Position numbers and translations under genes: made by a program
Origin: Candidatus Doudnabacteria bacterium RIFCSPHIGHO2_02_FULL_42_25
GTDB lineage: Bacteria > Patescibacteriota > Doudnabacteria > UBA920 > O2-02-FULL-48-8
DNA: 64,000 bases
Reading direction: 5' to 3'
NCBI GenBank assembly: GCA_001777665.1
Contig: MFEQ01000004.1
Coordinates: 129,331 to 193,330, forward strand
Notes under the pieces: generated by a model
The model's input: only the letters and a program-made list of their open reading frames with translations
Told to the model about the DNA's origin: nothing
Databases searched by the model: none
Part shown: in pieces, positions 36,171 to 44,621 of the stretch
Layout: each line of letters starts with the position of its first letter
Numbering within the stretch: the first letter of the stretch is position 1

Positions 36171-36453
36171 ATTAGTAGATTAGCATATCATTCGTAGATT
36201 TGGATCATGTTAAAAATAAAAAGCAGATTCTTGCGACTCCTCGCGGAGGGTACCATCGCAATTCTCTTGCTCTCAATTATGCCTGTTACGTTAGGCTTAC
36301 GGACAGTTCTAGTTTTACCCCATCTCGAACGGATGTGAGAGATCCCTCTTAAGAGCGATTTCTCGCTGTGCTCGAAATGGTTATTAAATTTTTCTGTCAG
36401 CTTCACACCCGGCTTGATTTGCCGGTATCGCTTTCACTTATTATACCATAAAA

Positions 36454-38133
36454 TCACATTTCCTCTAAGGGATCAATGCCGAGTAGCTGGAGTCCTTTGG
36501 AAAGCGTGTTTTTTGATAGATTTATCAGAGCCAATCGGGAATTTTTTATTTGTTCATCCGGTTCCGCTATTACTGGGCTCTCATGATAAAACTTGTTAAT
36601 CAGACCGGCTAAGTCATAGAGATAGTTAGCCAACACATTCGGCATGTATTCTTTCATAGCATCAACCACGACCTCATCAAAGGTCGAGATCTTGAACAAA
36701 ATCTCTCTCTCTGTTGGAGTTAAGGATGTAGAATGTAGTACGTAGGATGTAGGGCCAACCTTGCGGAGAATACTTGCCAATCGTGCGTATGAATATTGAA
36801 TATACGGACCGCTGTTTCCTTCGAAGTCCAGTGCTTTGTCCCAATCAAACTCTATATCACTGTGTCGGTTGTGTGATAAATCAAAATATTTAATCGCTCC
36901 GATGGCCACAGCATTCACGACATCTTTCGCTTTTGCTAATTCTGGATTTTTATCTGCAATAATTTTTGCGACTTTTTCTTTCGCTGCCGCCAGCACTTCC
37001 TCTACCAGAACCATGTTACCCTTTCTAGTAGACAGCGCTTGGCCTTTGAAACTCATAAATCCATAATCCACATGCACGCCCTCATCATCTTTCATGTATC
37101 CTAGTTTATGCAGAATGGCGAACAGTTGTTTGAACGCATGAGACTGCCTGACATCCACGACATATAATTGTTTGGTAAACCCTTGGCTTTGACGAAAAAT
37201 AAAAGTCGCCAAATCGCGCAACAAATATGTGGTGCCACGATCCGACTTCACTATCAACCCTATCCCCAATCCTTCTGGTTCCAAATCTACAATTTGCGCG
37301 CCTTGAGATTCTTTCAAAAGATTTTTTGATTTGAGATCCATCAGAACTTTGGGCATTTTGTCGTGATAGAAACTTTCGGGCCAATGGTTATCGAACGGTT
37401 CTATGTTCATCAATTCGTTGATAGTCAAAAATTTCTTCATACTCAAATCCACAAACTTTGTCCAAAGTGCGTGGTTCTGAGTATCACCATGTTCTAATTT
37501 GACAAACTCTTGTTTTGCCTCTTCTCGAAGTTTAGGGTCTGCTTCAGCTTCTTCATTAATCTTTACATATAATTTATTTAACTCACCGATTGGATCATTT
37601 TCCAGTAATCCTTCATTGCCATATTTTTTGTAAGCCAGCAAAATCAATCCGAACTGCGTACCCCAATCTCCCATATGAGTATCGGATTGAACTTGATAAC
37701 CTAAATATCGGAGCATCCGCAAAATAGCGTCACCGATGATAGCAGTGCGCAAATGCCCAATATGCAAAGGCTTCGCAATATTTGGCTGGAAATATTCGAC
37801 TAACACGCGTTCTTTTGTTACGTGTTCCATGTTACGTGCCACATGTTCAACCAAATAATCATTCTTCAAAGTAAAGTTAATAAAACCAGGGGCAGCGACT
37901 TCTACTTTTTCAAACTCTTGGCTTTTTAATTTTTCCGCCAAAGTCCGCGCTAAGTCCATTGGCTTTAAGTCCGCGTTTTTTGCTAAAATCAAAGCCGCGT
38001 TGGTGGCATAGTCCCCCAACCTCGATTCGGCAACAGAAACTGTAATTTTCGATTTCTGATCCTCACCAACTGTAATACCCGCAGATTGCACTGCGCTTAT
38101 AATCATTTCTAGTATCTTATCTTTCATTAGCAT
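36454..38133 (-). CDS. argS: Arginine--tRNA ligase
   Basis: Class I HIGH (PLHIGHLR) and MSTR (KMSK-like) motifs, N-terminal add-1 domain, C-terminal DALR anticodon-binding domain. Confidence 0.9.
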   Translation of the reverse strand: MLMKDKILEMIISAVQSAGITVGEDQKSKITVSVAESRLGDYATNAALILAKNADLKPMDLARTLAEKLKSQEFEKVEVAAPGFINFTLKNDYLVEHVARNMEHVTKERVLVEYFQPNIAKPLHIGHLRTAIIGDAILRMLRYLGYQVQSDTHMGDWGTQFGLILLAYKKYGNEGLLENDPIGELNKLYVKINEEAEADPKLREEAKQEFVKLEHGDTQNHALWTKFVDLSMKKFLTINELMNIEPFDNHWPESFYHDKMPKVLMDLKSKNLLKESQGAQIVDLEPEGLGIGLIVKSDRGTTYLLRDLATFIFRQSQGFTKQLYVVDVRQSHAFKQLFAILHKLGYMKDDEGVHVDYGFMSFKGQALSTRKGNMVLVEEVLAAAKEKVAKIIADKNPELAKAKDVVNAVAIGAIKYFDLSHNRHSDIEFDWDKALDFEGNSGPYIQYSYARLASILRKVGPTSYVLHSTSLTPTEREILFKISTFDEVVVDAMKEYMPNVLANYLYDLAGLINKFYHESPVIAEPDEQIKNSRLALINLSKNTLSKGLQLLGIDPLEEM

Positions 38134-38195
38134 ACGGCTATTTTATCAGATATAATAAGCTAGAACAATAAAAAAACTGAACCACCCAAAGCGAT

Positions 38196-38378
38196 TCAGC
38201 GATGACCAGCCAAGCGGAAAGAATTCAGAAACAACACAGCCGCTCCGGCCCAGCTCAGTAGGCCCGCAATTGCGGACACCAGAAGAGAAAATCCTCCATG
38301 AACATGCCAGTCACCGAATGAGAGCAGGCCCACCAAGGCGCCTGATGTGATCGACTCACGGATGAAAACTCTGTTCAT
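38196..38378 (-). CDS. GC-rich small membrane peptide (60 aa) with strong SD and its own terminator
   Basis: GGAGGTGGTT-ATG start context. MNRVFIRESITSGALVGLLSF... Downstream hairpin ctgaa...ttcag followed by T7 at about 38165-38195. About 55% GC in an AT-rich setting. Confidence 0.4.
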   Translation of the reverse strand: MNRVFIRESITSGALVGLLSFGDWHVHGGFSLLVSAIAGLLSWAGAAVLFLNSFRLAGHR

Positions 38379-38406
38379 AACCACCTCCATACTATTTTAT
38401 CCAAAT

Positions 38407-38859
38407 ATGCCGACACTTGCAAACAACAGAAAAGCACTACACAACTACTCGATTGAAGACTCAATCGAGGCCGGTTTGGTATTGCTCGGCCACGAGGTCA
38501 AAAGTATCAGAAACGGCCAGGCTAGCTTGGACGGCGCTTTTGTTTCTGTACGCGGTGGCGAAGCTTGGCTGAAAAATGCTTACATCGGGAAATACAAACA
38601 AGCTTCTAATCTCGAAGGTCATAACGAATCCAGAGAACGAAAGTTGCTGCTGAATAAAAAAGAGCTACTACAGCTGGAAAATCAAACCAAAGAAAAGGGA
38701 CTAACTCTAGTTCCTCTCCAACTCTATACTGCCAAGCATAACATCAAATTGAAAATCGGCCTGGCTCGCGGCAAGAAACGTTTCGACAAACGCGAGACTA
38801 TCAAGAAAAAAGAGATGAAACGCAAACTGGACCGAACAATCAGGACTAGGGTTAAATAG
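38407..38859 (+). CDS. smpB: SsrA-binding protein SmpB
   Basis: LANNRKALHNYSIED...GLVLLGHEVKS...GKKRFDKRE conserved SmpB sequence. Start set at MPTLANN. Confidence 0.85.
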   Translation: MPTLANNRKALHNYSIEDSIEAGLVLLGHEVKSIRNGQASLDGAFVSVRGGEAWLKNAYIGKYKQASNLEGHNESRERKLLLNKKELLQLENQTKEKGLTLVPLQLYTAKHNIKLKIGLARGKKRFDKRETIKKKEMKRKLDRTIRTRVK

Positions 38860-38903
38860 ATATTACTATTTTGGACGATCGTCAATTTTAGTAAGCATAG
38901 CTC

Positions 38904-38932
38904 TTGCGAAAGATTCAATTTTCGTATATAAT
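38904..38932 (+). promoter_or_regulatory. Promoter TTGCGA-17nt-TATAAT for ssrA
   Basis: The hexamers sit 10 nt upstream of the mature tmRNA 5' end. Confidence 0.5.
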
Positions 38933-38941
38933 ATTCGTCCT

Positions 38942-39335
38942 GGGGCTGATTGATTCGACAAGTGTTCTTTCAAATTTACTGCAAGTCCGATTAGCCTACT
39001 CTTTCGGTTAAAAAGAAAAGGTAAATCATAATTGCCACCTCATTGGTAAACAAAGTTAAAACAGCTTTTGCTGCTTTCAGCTTTGCTCCAGCTCTCGCTT
39101 AACTGTGAGGCTGCACCGACCCCTCGTCGTCTGCTAGAGGACCTCCGGTGTTATATTTGTAGACTTACTTTGACTGACGCTCGACATTCAAAGGACATCC
39201 GCCAGTTGGCGGAAGAGCAAACTTAAACCGTTTTGGTCCTGCTTCTATGGTTTAAGCCAAACAAGCAGGTCTAAACTTGTAGATGTGGATTTGAAAAATA
39301 TTTGGACGGGAGTTCACTACTCCCCAGCTCCACCA
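38942..39335 (+). ncRNA. ssrA: tmRNA (SsrA)
   Basis: 5' GGGGCTGATTGATTCGACA pairs with 3' GGACGGGAGTTCACTACTCCCCAGCTCCACCA, giving a tRNA-Ala-like acceptor with the G3:U pair. Internal tag reading frame ends ...GCT CCA GCT CTC GCT TAA (..APALA*). Adjacent to smpB. Confidence 0.85.
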
Positions 39336-39369
39336 ATAAAACATTTAGGCAATCAAATTAAACAAATAA

Positions 39370-39600
39370 ATGCAAATAAAGTCCATATATGCAGCTGCTA
39401 AAGATACTCAAACCAGGCCGGTTTTGAAGACCTTTTCTTGGAGGATTCTAGCCACAATTATTACTGGAATAGTTGTATATTTATATACAGGCAAAATCGG
39501 CGAATCTAGTAAGATTACTTTAACCGCAGCCGTGATACTAACCGTTTCTTACTACTTACACGAAAGATTGTGGATTTGGATACGGGGTCGGAGAAATTAG
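39370..39600 (+). CDS. Small two-TM membrane protein
   Basis: ORF with hydrophobic helices. Confidence 0.4.
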   Translation: MQIKSIYAAAKDTQTRPVLKTFSWRILATIITGIVVYLYTGKIGESSKITLTAAVILTVSYYLHERLWIWIRGRRN

Positions 39601-39690
39601 AATACTGTAAATTTGGCTCACTAGAGCCAAAGCAGTTTGCCACCAGTTGACCAAACAGGGAAAAATCATTATAATTAGTTTGCTTCTAAC

Positions 39691-40224
39691 ATTAAATAAA
39701 CTGCGATAGCACAGAAAACTCGCATCAACAACCAAATACGTGTTCCTGAAGTTCGGGTCATCGATGACGGCGGCAAAATGGTCGGCATCATGAAAATCGA
39801 GGACGCTTTGGCTCTAGCCAAAGAAAGAGAAGTCGATTTAGTCGAAATCTCCCCTCAAGCCCGCCCTCCAGTAGTCAAACTTCTGAACTACGACAAATAC
39901 CGCTACCAACAGGAAAAATTGGCCCAGGATGCCAAAAAAAAGGCCAAAAAGATCATGGTTAAAGGGATCCGACTTTCGGTCCGGATTGGCGAACACGATT
40001 TGAACTTCAAATCCAAGCAAACTATCGAGTTTATCGGTGAAGGTAATAAAGTCAAAGTAGATGTAGTGATGCGCGGCCGCGAACAGGCCCACCCTGAATT
40101 AGCCTTTGAATTAATTAAGAAATTTCAATCATTAATCAGTGTCCCCTTTATCACGGAAACTGGACCCACTAGAATGGGCAACACCGTCTCGATCATTGTC
40201 GGACCACAGACGAAAGGCGTCTAG
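39691..40224 (+). CDS. infC: Translation initiation factor IF-3, probably starting at a non-AUG (ATT/ATA) codon
   Basis: The frame is open upstream of the first ATG and encodes conserved IF-3 N-terminal sequence (...TRINNQIRVPEVRVIDDGGKMVGIMKIEDA...). C-terminal domain present. The exact start is uncertain. Confidence 0.75.
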
Positions 40225-40228
40225 CGTT

Positions 40229-40283
40229 AAACGGCAGCGCAACGCGTATCGGTAAACGTGAGACGATACGCGCGGCGCCGACG
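40229..40283. repeat. GC-rich palindromic element, family 2, intergenic copy (infC-rpmI)
   Basis: aacggcagcgcaacgcgtatcggtaaacgtgagacgatacgcgcggcgccgacg. Related to the in-frame copy inside rsmA. Confidence 0.6.
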
Positions 40284-40306
40284 AATAACGACTAACGCAT
40301 AAATAC

Positions 40307-40498
40307 ATGCCCAAGCAGAAAACCAATAAAAGAGTGGCCAAAACTTTCTGGAGAACGGGAAGCGGCAAAATCATGCACCGCAAATCCGGCCAGGCTCATT
40401 TTAATTCTAGAGAATCCGGTAAAACCACCAAGAATAAACGTCGAGATTTAGTAATGCACAAGACCAACATAAAGCTTGGTCTAATCATGGGAAAATAG
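40307..40498 (+). CDS. rpmI: 50S ribosomal protein L35
   Basis: MPKQKTNKRVAKTF...KIMHRKSG pattern; 63 aa. Confidence 0.9.
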   Translation: MPKQKTNKRVAKTFWRTGSGKIMHRKSGQAHFNSRESGKTTKNKRRDLVMHKTNIKLGLIMGK

Positions 40499-40560
40499 AT
40501 TTACGAAATACGAATCAGTACGAATATACTAATGGTTTACCGATTCGTATATTAGTAACA
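40497..40560. promoter_or_regulatory. TACGAA x3 plus an inverted TTCGTA in the rpmI-rplT spacer
   Basis: tTTACGAAATACGAAtcagTACGAAtatactaatggtttaccgaTTCGTAtatt, read directly. Confidence 0.45.
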
Positions 40561-40580
40561 ATTAGTAATTAGTAAAATTT

Positions 40581-40925
40581 ATGACGAGAATAAAAAGAGG
40601 CGTCGCTGCTTCAAAGAGACGCAAATACATCTTAAAAAGAACCAAGGGTTTCACTAACCGCCGACGCACCAATGCGATCGCGGCAAAAGAAGCTCTACTT
40701 CACGCTGACTCATATGCATATGCTCATCGTAGACTTCGCAAACGAGACTTCCGAAAACTCTGGACCATCCGTATCAACGCTGTTGCTCACGAACAAGGAT
40801 TGTCTTACAGCAAGCTCATGAATAAACTTCACAAAAATAAAGTTGGCATCAACCGCAAGATGCTCGCTGAATTAGCAGTCCGCAATCCTAAGGCATTTGA
40901 AAAAATCGTTGCTGCGATAAAGTAG
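40581..40925 (+). CDS. rplT: 50S ribosomal protein L20
   Basis: MTRIKRGVAASKRRK...RRLRKRDFRKLWI conserved L20 sequence. Confidence 0.9.
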   Translation: MTRIKRGVAASKRRKYILKRTKGFTNRRRTNAIAAKEALLHADSYAYAHRRLRKRDFRKLWTIRINAVAHEQGLSYSKLMNKLHKNKVGINRKMLAELAVRNPKAFEKIVAAIK

Positions 40926-40926
40926 C

Positions 40927-41613
40927 ATGGATAAAGTTCGAGCAATCACAAAGGGCTCCCAGATCATAGACCAAATCTACTGGGAGCTTTTAAATATCCT
41001 GAAATCAAAATCAGTTCAGACAGAAATTTCTCTCGCGAACTTCATCAAACGACGAGCAAAAAAATTAGGAGCACAAGGCATGGCCTTCCCCCCCATCGTC
41101 TCCTTCGGAGTGAGCGCAGTTGAAATTCATCATAAGCCTTCCAATAAAAAAATTAACAAAAATAATTTCCTAATGTTAGACTTCGGTGTCAAGGTTTCAC
41201 AATACTGTTCTGATTTCACACGCACGCTTTTTTTAGGCCGACCAAATTCTTTTCATGAAAAAATTTACAATATTGTATTGAATGCGCAGAGAAAAAGTAT
41301 CCGCCTAGTTGCCATTGGAAAATTCGGAGATGAAATAGATTTTGCAGCGAGACACATCATCAACCAAGCTGGTTACGGAAAGTTTTACATCCATGGAACA
41401 GGACATGGAGTGGGTAAAAAAATTCACGAACTCCCCAACTTCAAACCAAACTCGGGTGATGTCGTTAAGAAAAACGATATAGTCACAGTCGAACCTGGAA
41501 TTTACCTCCCTAAAAAATTCGGGATCAGAATCGAAGATATGGTCTGGGTCAAAAACAAACCAAAAATACTTTCAAAAATTCCGACAGATTTCAAATCAAT
41601 GATTATCAAATAG
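40927..41613 (+). CDS. M24-family metallopeptidase (Xaa-Pro/Met aminopeptidase-like catalytic domain)
   Basis: Pita-bread fold motifs: HGTGHGVG, EPGIYLP, RIEDMV. Confidence 0.7.
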   Translation: MDKVRAITKGSQIIDQIYWELLNILKSKSVQTEISLANFIKRRAKKLGAQGMAFPPIVSFGVSAVEIHHKPSNKKINKNNFLMLDFGVKVSQYCSDFTRTLFLGRPNSFHEKIYNIVLNAQRKSIRLVAIGKFGDEIDFAARHIINQAGYGKFYIHGTGHGVGKKIHELPNFKPNSGDVVKKNDIVTVEPGIYLPKKFGIRIEDMVWVKNKPKILSKIPTDFKSMIIK

Positions 41614-41648
41614 AAAAAACTAGGTGAGAGAGCCTAGTTTTTTCTTTT
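41614..41648 (+). terminator. Terminator ctagg-tgagagag-cctag followed by a T-run (an A-run precedes it, so it may act in both directions)
   Basis: Hairpin directly after the stop codon. Confidence 0.6.
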
Positions 41649-42306
41649 GTCTCTTACGAGACGATCAGTCTGTCAGTATTTTGATAAGGCTAATCACGAT
41701 TTTAGTGACGCCCTACGAACTGGCAAACTGGATTCTATCCCCTGTCCAGAACAAATCTTCGGTGGTTAAGCCTAGTGATTGTGTTCCAGGCCGGAAATAA
41801 GCAACGTTTAAATATCTTTCTATCGATACAACATTAAACCATCCTTCATATGCTAGGATTGTTTAACCTCCTAAACTCGCTGCTTATTTGTCATTTATTT
41901 TTGTTTCTTGAAGCCTTGATATATCGCTGGTTTGATCCGTTTGGACCGGATGCTATGCGAAACTCAACTCTCTACATATATTATAGCATATATTACTCCG
42001 ACGCGCAAGAGCTTCAGTGGATTTTCATTCCAAATCTTGCGGTCGGAGCCCCGACTTCAATAAAAAATTAATTACAGACGTCGGGGTAGCAAATTTTTCG
42101 AGATTTGTCTAGTACTTGACACTCGTTTCTTGTAAGAATAGTATTAGCTTACGATCTTTAAAGTTTTTAACTAATCATTTCTAGTGCAAGCAGGGTGGAA
42201 TTCCCTCACTGTGCCGCAACCGTAAAGTCGGGACCGAAAAATGATTATCAACGCTTTACACACTCCCGAGCAGGGGTGGGCGGATTTTTTGTTCAAAAAA
42301 AATTCT

Positions 42307-42340
42307 ACCCTCTTCTGTTCGGAAGAGGGTTTTCTTTTTT
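42307..42340 (+). terminator. Terminator ccctcttc-tgttcg-gaagaggg followed by ttttctttttt
   Basis: 8-bp stem plus T-run, immediately before the SD of the Tat-signal gene. Confidence 0.6.
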
Positions 42341-42367
42341 CCGTACATGAGTTCCAAGGAGGACACC

Positions 42368-42685
42368 GTGAATCGACGTCAGTTCGTCAAAATCGGCGTG
42401 GCTGCTGGTGTTACAGTTGCCACTGCATCGTGTGGGAGTTCCGTCACCGGACCGATCGCGGCCAGCACTGTTCCGTTGCTAACCAGGCTAAAGCAGCTGG
42501 GCCACACCTCTGCAAAAACAGTGCAATACAAGAACACTAACGCGTACATGATCGAGATCGGTGGCACTGTCAACAAAACCTTCAAGGTCGGCAATGTGCT
42601 GCTTGGCGAAGGCCCTGTCGTCTCACCTACTCTGGACATGGCGAGATTCGAGGTTCCTATCGACGCCGAAGTAATCGTCTCTTAG
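42368..42685 (+). CDS. GC-rich gene for a small Tat-signal (twin-arginine) secreted protein of about 105 aa, unknown function
   Basis: SD AAGGAGG 5 nt before GTG. NRRQFVKIGVAAGVTVATA-S matches the Tat motif plus an AxA cleavage site. About 55% GC. Terminators on both sides. Confidence 0.5.
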   Translation: MNRRQFVKIGVAAGVTVATASCGSSVTGPIAASTVPLLTRLKQLGHTSAKTVQYKNTNAYMIEIGGTVNKTFKVGNVLLGEGPVVSPTLDMARFEVPIDAEVIVS

Positions 42686-42716
42686 GGGGAGCCTGTCTTC
42701 CCCATTTTCTTTTTTA
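42685..42716 (+). terminator. Terminator gggggag-cctgt-cttcccc followed by a T-run
   Basis: Overlaps the stop codon of the Tat-signal gene. Confidence 0.7.
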
Positions 42717-42729
42717 AAATTATAATTCC

Positions 42730-44016
42730 ATGAAAAAAATATTTATCCCTATCGTTTCTGGTTTGGTCGTAGCAATTCTAGTTACGACGAATTTAGTTAG
42801 TGCTGCCAATTTATCGCAAGCGATTTCCACTCTACCATCAGACGAAGAATGGTCGATCATGGCGAGAGCTGTAGTCGGACAAAATTCTGGTGCTACGTAT
42901 TTGCGTTCCCCTATTTCAGATGGAGTGGCAACTGATTATGAAAAACGAATTTTGGCGATCACAGCGATCGGAGAAAACCCATCAACTTTTGGTTCGGAAA
43001 ATTTTGTAGCGAAACTTGAAGGTTTTTTTGATGGCAATCAAATAGGAGATGCGCAACTGCTGAACGATGATATCTTCGGAGTTCTCGCACTAGCTTCAGC
43101 TGGAATTTCCGACAATGCCGTTTCCAAATCAAGACAATTTATTTTGTCCCATCAAAATTCTGATGGTGGTTGGGGCTATGCCACTGGCATAGGTTCTGAT
43201 TCAAACATGACCGCGATGGCAATAGCTGCACTTTCACATACTGGTAGCGTTCCGTCGAATGCATTTAATTATTTAAGCAGCACGCAGCATTCATCTGGTG
43301 GTTACGGATTTATTCCAGGACAAACTCCAGATGGAGCATCCACAGCCTGGGTAGTGATGGGTTTGAATTCTGCGAATCGCACAGTTCCTTCAAATGCGAT
43401 CCAGTTTCTCGATAGTCTTCAAACTTCCAATGGTTCTTTCAAATGGAAGCCTACCGACGCCACAGGATCCGGCCTTGTCACAGCTTATGCGGTCATCGCA
43501 CTTTCAGGACACGGGATACCGGTCAAAATTACCACAAATCCAACCCCTCCACCACCACCTATACCAACGCCTTCTCCAGCTCCCAATCCCGCCCCAACAC
43601 CAGCACCGTCTCCTGCACCCTCTCCAACACCTAGTCCGAGCCCTAGTCCAGCTCCAAGCCCATCCCCATCTCCTGCCCCTTCACCTACTCCGCCACCAAT
43701 TTCCAATCAAGTCCACATCACGATTACTTTTCCAGGAAATTATATTATTAACAGCAATATACCTTATAGCTCTAACCTTTCCGTTCTTCAATCATTGGTT
43801 GCAGCCAGCGATCAAATCAATTTGCTCTATGAAATAAAACAGACTGGACTAGGCCAGTTTGTATATAGTATCGATGGTTATAAACCAACAGGAACTTCCG
43901 GTTGGCAGTACGCTGTAAACGGATCAGCCCCCGATGTCGGAGCTGCTGATTATATATTATCCAATCAAGATCATGTCCAATGGTTCTTCGGCTCCCCCGG
44001 CAGTACCCCTTATTAA
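42730..44016 (+). CDS. Secreted protein with prenyltransferase/terpene-cyclase-like repeats, Pro/Ser/Ala-rich linker and C-terminal DUF4430-like domain
   Basis: Signal peptide. SDGGWGY and SSGGYGF repeats. Linker (PSPAPSPT)n. C-terminal YSIDGYKPTG...WQYAVNG. Confidence 0.55.
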   Translation: MKKIFIPIVSGLVVAILVTTNLVSAANLSQAISTLPSDEEWSIMARAVVGQNSGATYLRSPISDGVATDYEKRILAITAIGENPSTFGSENFVAKLEGFFDGNQIGDAQLLNDDIFGVLALASAGISDNAVSKSRQFILSHQNSDGGWGYATGIGSDSNMTAMAIAALSHTGSVPSNAFNYLSSTQHSSGGYGFIPGQTPDGASTAWVVMGLNSANRTVPSNAIQFLDSLQTSNGSFKWKPTDATGSGLVTAYAVIALSGHGIPVKITTNPTPPPPPIPTPSPAPNPAPTPAPSPAPSPTPSPSPSPAPSPSPSPAPSPTPPPISNQVHITITFPGNYIINSNIPYSSNLSVLQSLVAASDQINLLYEIKQTGLGQFVYSIDGYKPTGTSGWQYAVNGSAPDVGAADYILSNQDHVQWFFGSPGSTPY

Positions 44017-44300
44017 ACTCGGAGCGAGGACTGATTTTTTGGACGCTTTGCGGATTTCCTCAGAAATCGCAACGCGAATAAAAATCCACTTCAAAGGCAA
44101 TTTGCAATAGAGATTTTTATGTTCACAAAAAATCCGGTCCGAGCGATATTCCGGATAAAGGTCTAGTCTAGTATTGGTAATCCTCAACCAAACTAAACCT
44201 AAATCCATCTGTTATTAATCTATCCTTTAGCAATTTAAAACAGAACTAGCATTATATACAAATAAAACCAAAAATTCTTGTAAATTTTTGGCACCAACTC

Positions 44301-44333
44301 AAAACCCCGTGATAAACGGGGTTTTGCTCTTTT
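44301..44333. terminator. Hairpin aaaaccccgt-gataa-acggggtttt (likely bidirectional)
   Basis: Inside a 600-nt non-coding stretch. Confidence 0.45.
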
Positions 44334-44621
44334 CATCCTGATCTGAGATTTCAGATTTTTTCCGTCCCGATAAATCGGAACCGAAATACTAGCCACTCGT
44401 AGTCATCTTTATAAGCCCACTATAATTCTTAACGAAGATGACTATTAAATTTTATGTCCCTCACTCCTTTCCTCTGAAATCTTATTCGCTTCCCCAAACG
44501 GACAAGATTTTTAATGGAGTGACTTTATTCTGTCTTATTGACCTTTTTTCCGCAATGTACAAACTCAACAATTTTAGTTAGGTTATAAACACAATAATTT
44601 GACAAACTATGCACATTGGGC

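Noticed and set aside
36170-36453. 280-nt gap between argS and the GxxExxY gene, examined for SRP RNA, RNase P RNA or 6S RNA; includes 72-aa ORF 36188-36406
   Set aside because: No conserved SRP domain IV, no RNase P P4 and no tmRNA motifs were found by eye. The ORF has no RBS and implausible composition. Left unassigned.
42241-42540. 99-aa Cys-rich ORF
   Set aside because: It spans a terminator and the SD/start of the Tat-signal gene in another frame. It is a GC-rich frame artefact.
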